64,000 bases of DNA from contig BCIN01000004.1 of assembly GCA_039545335.1 (NCBI GenBank), positions 362,925 to 426,924 on the forward strand, read 5' to 3'. Source of the DNA: Kondoa subrosea (lineage: Eukaryota). This document shows, piece after piece, positions 10,926 through 23,176 of this stretch. The notes below the pieces were generated by a model. The model saw only the letters and a program-made list of their open reading frames with translations. It had not been told where the DNA came from and made no database searches. Position 1 is the stretch's first letter. Every line of letters begins with the position of its first letter. Made by a program: the position numbers and the translations under genes.

Positions 10926-13269
10926 TTAATCGCGATCTACATTACCTACGAGAGCATACATTTCTGCATCGGAATGCTTATTCCTTGGCCTGCTTCTTGA
11001 AGACCTGTTTGACTCTCTTGACAATCTATCTCTGCCCAAGTATAGGCCTTTTAGCCTTTGTCTTCGCTTTGATATGAGTCGTATCAAGAAGATCAAAGCA
11101 GCTACGGCCACCAGAAGCAGCAAAACCAGTACAGCTGTTCTCCTTGGTCCATAGTACTCTTCTCGATCTTTGTTTAGTATTTCTTCGCCTGAGCTGTCCA
11201 AGAGCAGATCGCCAGAAAGAAGTTCAGGATTGTCCCCATCTGCGACCACGGGTTCAAGCGAAGTACCATTCGGATGCGTTTCTTTGATGACAGCTTCTGG
11301 TTCTGCACCGAGGCGAGACGGTACTTTGCCGCTTGACCCAGCCGCGCCTAACAGATTGATACCGGTAAAGCGTATTAGCATATCGTGAGCAGCCAGAGGT
11401 TGATCAACTGCCACACGATGTCAGGAGTTATCAGGAGAGCACATGGTGGACCTACTCGGGACCATGTGAGACGCATCGGATATTCTAGCCCATGTTAATC
11501 TGCGGGACGAAACCCATGTGCCAACTTTAGTACCATTGACGCTCCAGTCCAATACTGTTTCGTTCTAAAGTGCAAATGTTAGCATGAGAGGTCTTGCAAA
11601 AACAGACCACTTACTGCAAACCCGATATCCTCATTCCATGCAAGCTTCTCTATACTTCGCTCGACTGCCATGAACATCAGCGATTGGTCGTATTCCACAC
11701 GGACAAAGTTCACCTCCTAGCCAGTTGCACATCAAATCCTTTTCGCCCGCGAATAATAGTATATCCAGATCTTTCAACAGAGCAGGTATGAGCTCGATAG
11801 CTGGACGAGATTCGTGCGAAGACATTTGCGAGCTGACAGTCCCGTTACATTGGGTCCAAGGTGTATGCTTTTCTGACGCATGCAGAGATTCTATGACTTC
11901 TGAGTTCTGAGATGAGAATGAGCGAAAGTCATGGGCACACGAATAAAAGCCTACTCTTAGATACGGTGTCACTTCTTTGAGCTGAGTTGGCCATTCCTCT
12001 CCACATGGCACTTCTTGCGTAATGTTATATAAGCTGATACACAATTGCTGATCGTCTTCTGCAATTCTAGGCGGAGGTGAGACTAAACCAAGAAGAACTT
12101 CGCAATCATTGACCAAGATCCTATCTCCATCAGGTGTATGTAAGGTGTCATTACATTTCTGCGTTGCTGTTTCTAATCTCTCGCCAGCAGGAGAGTCTTT
12201 CTTGATGAGTTCATTTTGATATGCGTAGTCTGCGTAAGCCATATATTGCGTTGACGGATCTATCCAAGCGTTGCCCATAAGCAGTCCTTTAAGCGGAGCG
12301 GTTATTTGACTGGTTTTAAGCATGGCTGTAGCGATATAAGGTATATATTGACCAGCGTAGCTCTCGCCAGCAAGATAGGTCTAATCGGTCCTGTTATTAA
12401 AATGTTTGGGAAGGAGAAGGAACGGCTAACATCAGTACTCGAAAATTCAGGAAAGACTTGATAGAAGTTCCGAAGGAATTGGACTACTTGATCCGCTCTA
12501 TCACACCGATGAGCGAATTTGACTAAATCAGCCGATCTATGACTGACGCTGGTCCTAACTCTGTGACAGGACTGCCTTTCGCCAGATAACTATATCCAGT
12601 ACCGCTCGGCTGATCAATGTATAGCACATCCGCGTATTCTGACCATGTTGTTGTAGCCTCTACAAGTTTTGGATCGCCAGAGTCGCCATAGACCACTTTG
12701 ACTGGGCCAATTTCCATAAGTGCGCCATCAAAACTTGAGCTGCAATAGTTGTGAGCCAAATCCAACAATTGATTGATATACTGACCATCCAGGTCCTCCA
12801 TTGAACCAAATTATCAGCCTAGGTTTGTCACCAATCTATGCCGAGGAAGCATAATTCTCAGACCGGCAGAAGATATGAAAGCAAGTCTTCGCCCACATGT
12901 TTTGCACGCGTCAAGAGCTATCGAATGCACAAATATGAGTACGGGAGACCGAAAGCAACAGGAAGCGCGACAAACAAAGAACAAGTACGGTTCGCTGTCG
13001 AGCGGATCTCGATTCAAGATATCGTAAGCAGGCAGATGACCAGCATAGAATTTGAGCCTAGAAGATCTTTCCAGACCAGGAAGTCTGCGAACGTAGAGCT
13101 GAGCAGCGGAAGGTACTGTTTCTTTGGATTTCAGCAATGGATCTCTTTCCAGAACGAGCATAACTAAATCACGTCGAGGAAGAAAGGAGGAGATCTGTCT
13201 GCGTCTATCTACAGGCTCGGGTATCGTGTGGTGCTGGAGTATCACGTCAAGCAGGGAATCAGGCAACAT
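10926..13269 (-). CDS. KEX1: Kex1-like serine carboxypeptidase (family S10) with a C-terminal TM helix; start codon uncertain
   Basis: YVRRLPGL, YAGHL, WFNGGPGCSSFDG, IDQPSGTGYSY, GESYAGQYIPY (catalytic Ser), GEKDLMCNWLG (Asp), ASHMVP (His), then TM AVLVLLLLVAVAALIFLI and a cytosolic tail. Confidence 0.9.
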
Positions 13270-13584
13270 TTGGCCGATATGAAGCAACCCAAAATCTGCA
13301 ATTGTCACGAAGTACAGGAAGGCCACAGCGACAGATCTTGATCGTCACAACATGAAAGCTGCGCTGCTGAGTCAAATCTAGGATTAGGTTCTATTCCGCA
13401 GTATTCAGATCCATCAAATGAGAACCAAATGATAGAGTAGCATCGGGAGGATGAAGAGAATTGGCTCAATGCTGCAGTAGTGCAAAGTGAATGCTGCATT
13501 AATTTAATACATTACTATTGAATTTCGAAATAATTATACACCCAAAGGTTGTTAGTATGCAAAAGTCCATCAAAAGCCTGTATT

Positions 13585-14248
13585 TCACTGAATTGGAGAA
13601 CATGTGATCGTGATTGAAGGAGCTCTGTAGCACAGTTTTGAGCTTATGTAGTCACCCTTTGATGAAAAAGGCTTACGCAGATCTGAATGCAATGACACTA
13701 CCTTGATAGTACTGATGTTCCGTAACTACCAATCGATAAGCTCCACAAGCTCCCACAGCTATGAACTGATCAGCTATGATTTCTATTTGTGAACGACAAA
13801 ACATACGTGAGAAAGTTCCCTTGATGTTATTCGAAGAACGAGATCCATTAGTCCCTCTGAAACCAGTGGCCAAGGTCACATTATTCCCCGCAATCGAGCG
13901 ATCGTCTTCTAGACCTTCGAGGTAAAGGTCGATACCGACCGTGAAAGCGTCATTTCTATTGACTGGCTTGTAATTGACATTGAGCTGTGCAAATCATCAG
14001 AGCTGGTAAAGATTGTGAAAGAGTACACCTACATTGAAATCGCCTCCAATACTGGCGTAGGTTGTACCTCCTGCTCAGCAATCAGCTAGAGCGCATAATG
14101 ACGGTACGAGCGATATTGACCTACCTGAGGGACTAATAAGTTGACCAGATGGACCCGCACGCTGTTCGATAGACCGTTCGATAGGGGAAGCTGAGACTAG
14201 AGGAGCAGCAGCGGCAGCAGCTAGAAGTGCGAAGAGGTTGAAATGCAT
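13585..14248 (-). CDS. Small secreted beta-rich protein with 2 Cys; 5 exons
   Basis: Signal peptide MHFNLFALLAAAAAAPLVSA, propeptide SPIERSIEQR, then spliced exons to ...GACGAYRLVVTEHQYYQGSVIAFRSA|APSITITCSPIQ*. Confidence 0.75.
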
Positions 14249-14588
14249 ATTCACTAGAGTGAAGTTGAAACTTTGAAATTGACAATGGGGTGACTTGGAG
14301 AATGAAGAAGGAACAGGCTTTATACAGTGCTGGCAGGCTGTACGCAGTCCACGCAAAGAGGCTGCGTCGGGCAATGCTCGCGGGGAGAGCGAGAGAGAGA
14401 CAGATGCTAAAGTTCAGGGCGGGAGCAGCGACGCCGCTTGGACAAGGCGCTGTGAGTCAAGTGATCAAACCAGCTCAATACTACAGACATAAAAGCAGCT
14501 CAAGTGGAAATATACTTGGTTGGCCAATTTGAGAAAGAAGAATACAACAAGCTATTATACATTTACAGAAGAACACACAAGTCTTAGA

Positions 14589-17500
14589 TTAAGCTGGGAT
14601 AGCAGACATGCGGGATCTTGTTCGAGGCACAGCAGGCAAATTTGGCAAAAGATCTTCACCAGTGTTCTCCTTCTCTTCACCGCCAGGGCGACGAGGATGT
14701 GCTTGATACAGCGACGCAACGGATGTCCTACTCGGTCGCTTCTTGATTTGTGCCTTCGCAAGAGTCGAAGTCTGATCGATCGCCTGTCCAAACGAGATTC
14801 TTCTAGGCTGAAGAGTTTCTCGCTTCGCTGTACTTGCTTGAATCTTCGGAGCACCAGGAACAGGTGTTTCGGCTTCCTGCATGAGCTGCTGCTGAGAAGT
14901 AGATCGCAAGATGCGTTGGGATTTCGCGGTAGTGAAAGGCATTATTGCTGGATCTTTGGATTCGCGGCGTCGTTTCAACATAGATAGCTCTTGCTGCTTT
15001 GCCTCTAGTGCTAAACTGAGCCCTTCCTTGTCTTCTGCCAGCTCTGCCTTGACTTTGTTAAGGCGGGCGATTTTGACTGAACAGAAAGTCAAAGATGTCG
15101 AAATGAATAGCAGACGGAGCTCACCTTCGCGATCTGATGCTTCGAACCGGAGCTTTGCAACTATCTTTCCCAACTTCTCGCATTCCTTTTGTAAGCTTCC
15201 TATACTATCTTCACTTGAAGCGCATTGAACACATTCACGCGGTACTTCTTGCAAAGACACGATATCCTGCTTGAGCTGGTCGCACTCCCGTTGACGATCT
15301 TTCAGCATACTCGAAGCTTCACGTCGATCTTGCTGAAGCATCTGTGTCAATTGCTGAACTTGATCATCTTTCCGTTCTAGCTGTTCTTCCAAATCATGTA
15401 GGTTGGAAAGCAGCCGATCTTGACCAGTCTCTAGCTGATCTATCTTTGATTGACTGCGCTCCACTTGATCAAGATGGCCTGTTGTGCCTTCTTCCAATCG
15501 AGCAATTTCGTTCTGAGCATTACGAAGAGTTTGTTCCAGAATAGCTATACGATCCTCTTGCGAGCGAGAGCGAGTTGCTAGGTCCTTTTTATCAGCTACT
15601 TCTGAATTTAGGGCATCTGTCGCTTCTCTCAATTGGTCTAACAGATCATCTTTGTCCGCTGCCTCGGATTTGAGCGCATCTTCGAATTCTACTAGTCTGG
15701 ATTGGTATGTCTTGTAGTCTGATTGCGTTGCTTCCAATTGATTCTGAAGGTCGTCATTAGCTGCACGGAGCTGTTCCATCTCTTCGGTCAAGACAGCAGT
15801 CTGTTTCTTTTCTGAATCGAGGCTGCCTTGCGCGATCTGCAATTTGCTCTGGTATTGACCGGCTTCTTGTTCGAGGTCAGCAATCTTTGCTTGCAGTTGT
15901 TCTGAGACTTTGCTCGCTTGCTCATTGGCCACGAGAGTTTCTTTGCCGAGTTGGGACTTCATCTAGGCAAGCAATGAGCTCATAACTATGATCAAGAATT
16001 GAATACCTCACTAGTTGAACTTCTACTTCACTAATTTTGGTTTGTTCCGCCTGGGCAGCAACTTGTTCTTGCGCCTGCGATACTTGATCAGACCGTCAAA
16101 GCCATCGCCAGGCGATGAACTCACCTCTATCAGCTGCTGTTGAAGCTCTTGGTTCGTCTTGAGCGCTTCTTCCGCCTTGCAATCACTGGCATCCAGCAAC
16201 CCTTGCATCTCAACTTCCTTGTCTTTCCCATCTGCAATGGCTCGATCCACTTCATTACTCAATCTGACCAGATCCAAACTCATTCGATCCATCTGTTCCA
16301 CTTTTTGCATCGCTTCTTCACAAGCGATCTTAGCTTGCTTTAACTGGATCTCTAGCTCTTTCTTCTCTTCCACAACATTCTCATCTGCTTCTCTAGGTTG
16401 TTGTTGTTGTTGTTGCTGTTGTTGCTCCTCCTCCCATCGACCTGCTTCTTCTATAGCTTCTTCCCAACCTTGTTCAGCCAGTTGCAATCGCTTATTCAAA
16501 TTGATCAATCTCTTGTCTTTCGTTTCTGAATCTTTAGCTAGTTGAGTAAGTAGATTGAGAATCAAAGATCGATGTGAAGCTTCATCTTGCGTCAAAGATA
16601 GGTGTTGTGTTGAGAACAAGGTGAAAAGGTCTTGTAGAGAAGTATTCGATGAGAAGGCTGTTGCTGGTTCAGAGGGAGAATGAGATTCTGTTATGTCCAT
16701 TGAACTACTTGAAGTGTTAGGAGAATGGGATGCGAAAGTGAGTTTGGTAGGACTGGGTCCAACATCTGGTAAAGCTTCCGGCGCAACAGGAGTGAAAAAG
16801 ATTGTCTTATCTGGCGCTGGAGTCTCGATAGGTGAAAGATAGGTAGATCGATCGGGAACCGATAAAGGCGTTGAGGGTGCTTGAAATGGTAGACCAGCTA
16901 CTTTAGACGGCGAAATTGAGCTTTTCCTTCTCTTACGCTGACGGAGAGAAGTAGCTGGCGTAGAGAACGTCTCTTCTGGACTTGTGACACCGAACTCAGT
17001 GCACAGCTTATCGCCGTCTCGTTTGAGCATGTTGACTTTGGTGTTGAGCGATCTTCGACTTTCAGTGGTTGTTTGATCAGGTGAACCAGGTGTAGAGAAG
17101 GATGCCAGGGAGTACGATGATCTACTTGATTTGATTCCTTGTATTGCAGCCTTACTCGGTGTAGTGTATGAAGTATCGACAACAGGTGAATGAGGATAAT
17201 TTGGGCATTCAATCGGACTTTGACTTGGCGAACGTTTGCCTAGGTGTATCGTCTGGTGAGAAAGATCATGCACTGTCGATGTAGAAGGTTCAGCTTGTGA
17301 AGAAATAGAATTAGATAGAGTATTGAGTTGGTAAGGCAAAGAGGTTTCGAAGAGATTTGACCATTCATTAGTTTGCATATGAGGTAGACCATTGCTTGAT
17401 GTTGTACTGGAAGCCAACATTGATGCTTCAGGTGATGGAATAGCAGCTTTCAACTTGTGCAAGAAGCTTTGCGATCGAGGTACACTTGGAGGCGCAGGAG

Positions 17501-17936
17501 TTCCTGGCGAAGTCAGAACATCCTTCAGAGGACTCATTTGATCCAAAGCAAACGAATCAAGGAAATCTCCATCTTGCTGCATGAAACCAGCCGGCTCTTC
17601 TTCGGGCGAAGCAGATCTCATCCCTTGAGGTGGTGAATCGACAATCACTTCTGCTTTCCCGCTCCATTCGACCTCAGTCTTGTAGAAATAAGCTTCTTCT
17701 GCGTCATCTGCAAAGTGATATGTAGAAGCAACGGGTGTTTCCATTTCTCGAGCTTCGCTTGTTGACGCAGTGAACTTGACATTTCGACTCGGTGTAGCGA
17801 TGGATTCAGCCAGATTTGGCATAGAAGGTCTCTTGAGTATAGAACGAACTGAACCTAGAGTCTTTGAGCGCCTTAGAGATTTACTTGGTGAACTGGTTGG
17901 AGTTGTGGATTGCTGGACTTCAGCAGCGTCTGCCAT
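14589..17936 (-). CDS. Large protein: Ser/Pro-rich disordered N-half, long coiled-coil C-half and basic tail
   Basis: The 637-aa and 457-aa ORFs are joined by introns near 16078-16123 and 15963-16011, with another near 15078-15124. Heptad-rich E/Q/L/K sequence. Confidence 0.8.
16398..16424 (-). repeat. Coding (CAA/CAG)9 polyglutamine microsatellite
   Basis: ttgttgttgttgttgttgctgttgttg on + encodes Q9 in the coiled-coil gene. Confidence 0.9.
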
Positions 17937-18296
17937 TGAGGAGAGTGAGCTACTTTTCTTGAGAGAATGGCTTTTCCTTGTTCGAAAGGGCTACCGCACT
18001 TCATGAGCTATCAATGGAGGCTATAAGGCATGACAACAACAAACAGATGATTTTTCAGGTGAAGCAGCTCTGCCATCAGCTTCCTCGTGGTCTTCATGTA
18101 GGCTAGATCTTGACAATGAGTGCGCCAACGACTTGAGCCAGGACATTCTTGCGCAACCTTACTTTCGTTTGCGAAAAACAACATCAATGATAAACAAGTT
18201 TGGATTATGTAATATCGCAAAGACATAGCAAAAGTATCACAAAGTACAACAGCAGTCCTTTTCATTTTAGCGCTCTTGCTGCCTCATCTCACAAGT

Positions 18297-20250
18297 TCAA
18301 GGACTTTTCATTTCCTCGTCCGCCAATTTCTTCAAAGGTGAACCAGGACTACTAGCAGAAACATGTGCGTCCACGTCCATCAACTGATCAGCTGTTCTCG
18401 TAGACCGATAACTTCCATTCTCTGAGTTAGCTCGTGACATTAATTCTGGGTGTCCAATCTATCAGAAGCATAGGTGAGTACTTGTACAATTCCGAAGCAC
18501 ATTAGACGTGCCTTGGACAGTTTGCCGTCATCTGAGGAGCACACCTCGCGTCAGCACAAAACGTAACAAAAGTACAGCAATCGCTCACAATCTCCTTCTC
18601 TGTAACCTTCCACAATACGGGAGAGTAGTTCCGAGGTCGAAATACCGCTTGTCCTTCGTGTAGGTAAAAACTTGCCTGTAAGCAACACAGCTTGAGGATG
18701 AGTATCACACACATCTTGCTTTGACCTGCTTCTTACCAATGGATTTCGCATAAGCGTAAACATCTTCCGAATCGAGAGAAACGTATGGTTCTTCATCTGT
18801 CGAGCAAATCAGACTTAGCTGAACAAGGTAGCTTATAATCTGTCTTCTGACTGACCATGAGCAACATAATCAATCTGGTGCTTATCCATAAACTCTTGCG
18901 TCACTTCCCAAGGTGCTTCTTCGACTACTTCATCGACCCTATCGTAGCGTATCAGCTACTTATCTTCGATATGATGGGAGAAGACACACCATTTGCAGTT
19001 CCGAACCGATTCATATCGCTCATCAGAAGATAACACAGGCGAGTTCTTGTACTTCATCACTAGCTCGTCAGACACCACTCCGACCATTAGATAGACTGAA
19101 GGGAAGCATAATTTGGCCTGGGAAAAGAGATACATGAGTCTTTACAACAAGTACACTGATACGCGACATACTTGTCTGAGTTGTAACTGAAAACAGCGTG
19201 ATCAGTTTACGCTATCCGACGAACGACACGAAATCACACACTGCATGAGCATAATGGAACAGATCATAAACACCTGTTACATGACCATCAGCCAACATGA
19301 TTTGCGAGAGAGCTCTCCCACTCACCATCAGCATAAATGCGTATCGGTCGACCAGAAGGAGGCGGATTGATCTTGTACTGCCTTGTCTGACCATCTGGAC
19401 CAGATCCGCCGATAGCTTCCAACATTTGAGCATGTAAAGCTTCTGGTGTGATTTTTGAAATCATGCCATGAGGAGCTGGAGCATGGAACGGTTGTTTTGG
19501 TTTAGCTGCCGCTGCAGGGCTCAGTAGTGACACGGATGGTAGTGATTGTACTGGCGAAGCTGGAACGGGAGGAGTAGAAGGGGGTGAACCTGTTGAAGAA
19601 GGTTTCGAAGTAGTCAAAGCTGGTCGACTGCGTGGAATACTGTTGTAATGCGAAGCAGTATGAGAAGATTTTTGTCCAGTCGTTGATTCCGACACTATTG
19701 AATCGGCCAGACTCGCATTCGTAGCTTTGCGTGAAGGTCCAACATTGGCTGAAGAAACGTCGCCATCATCTGAACGTTTCATTCAGCAATGAATCCTCAA
19801 GATACCTCAATGTATTAACTGCACTCACAAGTAGTAGCACTATCATCTCCATCGTCATGACCTCGAATAATAGTAGAATCTGAGACGGCTGGTCGCATAG
19901 GGCTCGAGTTGAAAGATTTCCTAGTCGGCTTTTTCGCAGCTGGAGCCTTAAACTCTGCTCCGTTCTCTCTGATAGGAGGAGTATCGGTCAAGCTGAGTGC
20001 ATCATCGTCGTCTATCAGGCCAACATCCGTCTGAGCAATAATTCATGTAACGTTAGATATGGCTTGGCAGCAAGACTTGGAGACAGCTAGGCACCTCGTC
20101 GTTGGATTCAGCTCTGTTGACAGCTGTCAACTGAATGAAGCAGACAAAGACACAAGCTCTAACTCACGACGCTTCTCGGGACGAGGTGTAAGAGGCTTCT
20201 TTCTTTGAGAGCCTACGTCTGCGAGGATTCATGCTGCTGTTGGCTGCCAT
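18297..20250 (-). CDS. PCT1: Choline-phosphate cytidylyltransferase, multi-exon
   Basis: [19 protein letters not shown] (HxxH), [62 protein letters not shown]. Confidence 0.93.
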
Positions 20251-20476
20251 GACTGCGTGGGTACTGTCCAGTGAAGAAAGTCCGGAATTATTGGTCTCGA
20301 CGTTTGGCACAACGTGCTTGGCTCATCATTGTCATTTCGTGTTTCGGATGTCACATAAAGCGAGCAAGGCAAATTTCAGAGGAACAGGCAAAATGTTGCA
20401 CAGAGATGTCGCAGATCTCAAATGATAGCTTTCTCCCGTCTTGTTAGACTTCTGACACACTTGTACTCTCTTCTGC

Positions 20477-23004
20477 TTACAATCCCTTGCTACCGGTTCT
20501 ATAGAGATTCCCGTTGCCGAGTCGCCGTTGAAAAGTAGACACTGCTTTGTCCGTAGGAAAGTTGGCCGCCCAGGACTTGACCCAATTGTACAGCGACCTC
20601 AATTCCGTCGTGGTGGGACCGGATTCTTCATACAAGCTCAAAGCAATTGTAATCGTGCTCTTACCAACTTTGATTCCATCCAACTCTTGGATAGCCTTCA
20701 TCCAAGCCAAGATGTAAGGAATCCGTTCACTTCGCGAAAACAAGCCGACGAGTATAATATATTCTTTGAAAGCCGGTCCGGTAGGTATGATTGTTAATGA
20801 CGTCGAATTGGACCGTTGAGCCATTTCCGAAAGAGTCAAGGGTGCAGCTTGAACTTTTGGTGTCTTCTCAACTTCTTCCGCCGGACCCACCAACCAATCC
20901 TTTCCCTCTCTCAGCATTCCAGAGAGTCCGTGTGCATCTGTGAGAGGATCTTGAATCGTATTGGAACCTTCAGCAAATTGAGGCCAAGCAGCGACCAAAA
21001 CTTCTTCAAACACTTCGCAAGCTTTCTTCCAAGCAGGCATTCCATCCCAAACATCTCCTTGCTCTTTATCTCGTTCAGTTAATTCACTTGGTCCAATAAC
21101 ATGTGCTACTCTGTCTCCTGCTCGACCTGATCTTCCACTAGCTACAAATCCAGCTCGAACGAAGTATGCCAAAGATTCGTCGTTCAAAAGGGACCCTCGG
21201 AAGACTTGGCCTTCTTGCAACATCTTCCAAAAAGAGTAAAAATCTTGCCAGCGTTCTTTGACTATCATATGCTGAAGAAACAAATTGATAATACTTGCGT
21301 CCAATTCGATAGATCCACCTTGAGATTTTACGCAATGAATAGGAGTGCGGGACGGCCAGAGTGTTGGAATAGGAGAGTCAGAAGGCAGAAGATAGTTGGA
21401 GAACGAAGGAGCTTTGCAACCATACCACGTAATGACGGCAATGGCTTCATCTCCTTGATCAAGTTGGAGTAATGAAGTAATAAGTGAGCGAAGGAGCTTC
21501 CGGGTCGGCTGATTGCTTTCGTGAACGATATTGATGTCCCAGAATTCGACGACTTCTGCCCATCGGTGCTCTTTTACCAAGATACGCATGAAGATGTCAA
21601 ATTTAGAGACCTTTTCCTCCAAGGTTGCTTCTTTTTGATTCTCCTCCATCATTTTTAGCATGAAGTCTACCCATTCGGTTTGCTGAGGAAGATAATAACT
21701 TGACGCAATATCGAACATCACTTGAGTAAATCTTTTGGCTGAGACCTCGGTAGTAACGCCAGCTTCAATGGCTTGTTGAAGGTATTCGTAGTATTGCAAG
21801 GCGTAGCGAAACTTGTGTTTCTTGCTTTTAAGATAGATAAGGTGCAACTCTGTGATTTTAGTTGACAGATTGACTTGGATGTATTCCACTTCTTCTGGAC
21901 TGAGTTCCACTCCGCTTCGGTCGTGCTTTTCCACACCCAATATTTCCGGTTGGCGGTCGTTGAGAAGATTGGAATCTGATACAGCAGCTTCAGCCAATTT
22001 TAACTTGCTGTAATCGATTTCCGGGAAAAGGGTTGCAGATGGATCGACTGCGGACTTTTCGCAAAGCATCCGAAACCAGGCAGTAGCGGAAAAAGAAGAA
22101 GTATTTGTAGCATTGATTTGCAGAACAGATTCACCTAACGGTAAAGAGATTTCAATATTGGTTATAGACATGAACTCGAGCAGATGAGAGCAGAGAGCAG
22201 GAGTTATGAGTTCTGGTCGACTGAATATGATATCCATAGTGTCGGCCAGCACAGGTCGAACACCTCGAATTTGCCTTCGGTGTGTAGGAAATATTTCATG
22301 GTCCTTCTCTGGATGGAAATAGGAGCAAAAAGACTTGACTAATTGTTCATACAGAGGTTTCACTGCCCAAACTTCTCTCTCGCCAGTTCGCAATAGAGCT
22401 AGGAAGACGTATTCCCAAGTTTGGAGACTTCTGCGTAGCTGCTTGGTCTCGAGCGAATCGTCATTGATGAACAGCTCGACCATATGCCGACACAGGATCC
22501 AGTGATTGATACGACAGAAAGAATTCAGACTTTCTGCAAAGAGCTGGCCATAGACAGGGCTAGTAAGGTTTTGAGATTCCTTATGAAGGAGCATGAGAAG
22601 TAGATAGGCGTCATCCCTCGTAGAAAGCGCCGAAGGCAGAGTAAGCAACTGATGTGCTGCTACTCCGTCCATGGTCGGTGGATCCCGGTGACTAGCCAAA
22701 GCTACGATAGCTTGTCGCAAGTCTGAAGAGGCATAATTGTCTTTCCAGCTATTGAAAGTGCGCTCAGATAACCCAGAGTGTTCTAAGACTTCATATTGAG
22801 AAATAGCAGTGGCTCGCTGCTTTGCCAGGGCTTCTGCCAGAAATTGAGGTTTCCACAAAGCCAGAGCAGCCAGTAGAGGCTCTCGCTTGGTATTGACTGC
22901 TGCCCTGCTTCGGAAGCGAAAGTTTTTGGGCACGGATTTGTAGCCTGGAGCACCAGGGATCAGCTGATGAGCAACGCGATTAAGAGTGGTCTACCTCTGA
23001 TCAT
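20477..23004 (-). CDS. Probable mitochondrial helical-repeat (PPR-like) protein, about 825 aa
   Basis: A 10-nt first exon ATGATCAGAG plus one intron gives a basic presequence-like MIRGYKSVPKNFRFRSRAAV. The 818-aa ORF has PPR-like helices (FDIFMRILVKEHRWAEVVEFW; INLFLQHMIVKERWQDFYSFW; PTGPAFKEYIILVG). Confidence 0.65.
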
Positions 23005-23176
23005 CAATCATGCTTGCGGCTCTTCGCTATACCCTCGCTAGTATTGTTGCGTCGTCGCAAATTGTCGAGAAGCGGAATGATCGAAACAAATGGACATGGC
23101 ATGGACATGAACTCTCAGCAACAGAGAGCTAGATCTCAGTAGTGGCCTAAATGGCAAATTACAATACACTTGGAAA

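Noticed and set aside
14520..16545. + strand ORFs including a poly-Cys run
   Set aside because: Antisense shadows of the coiled-coil gene; the poly-Cys mirrors the polyQ codons.
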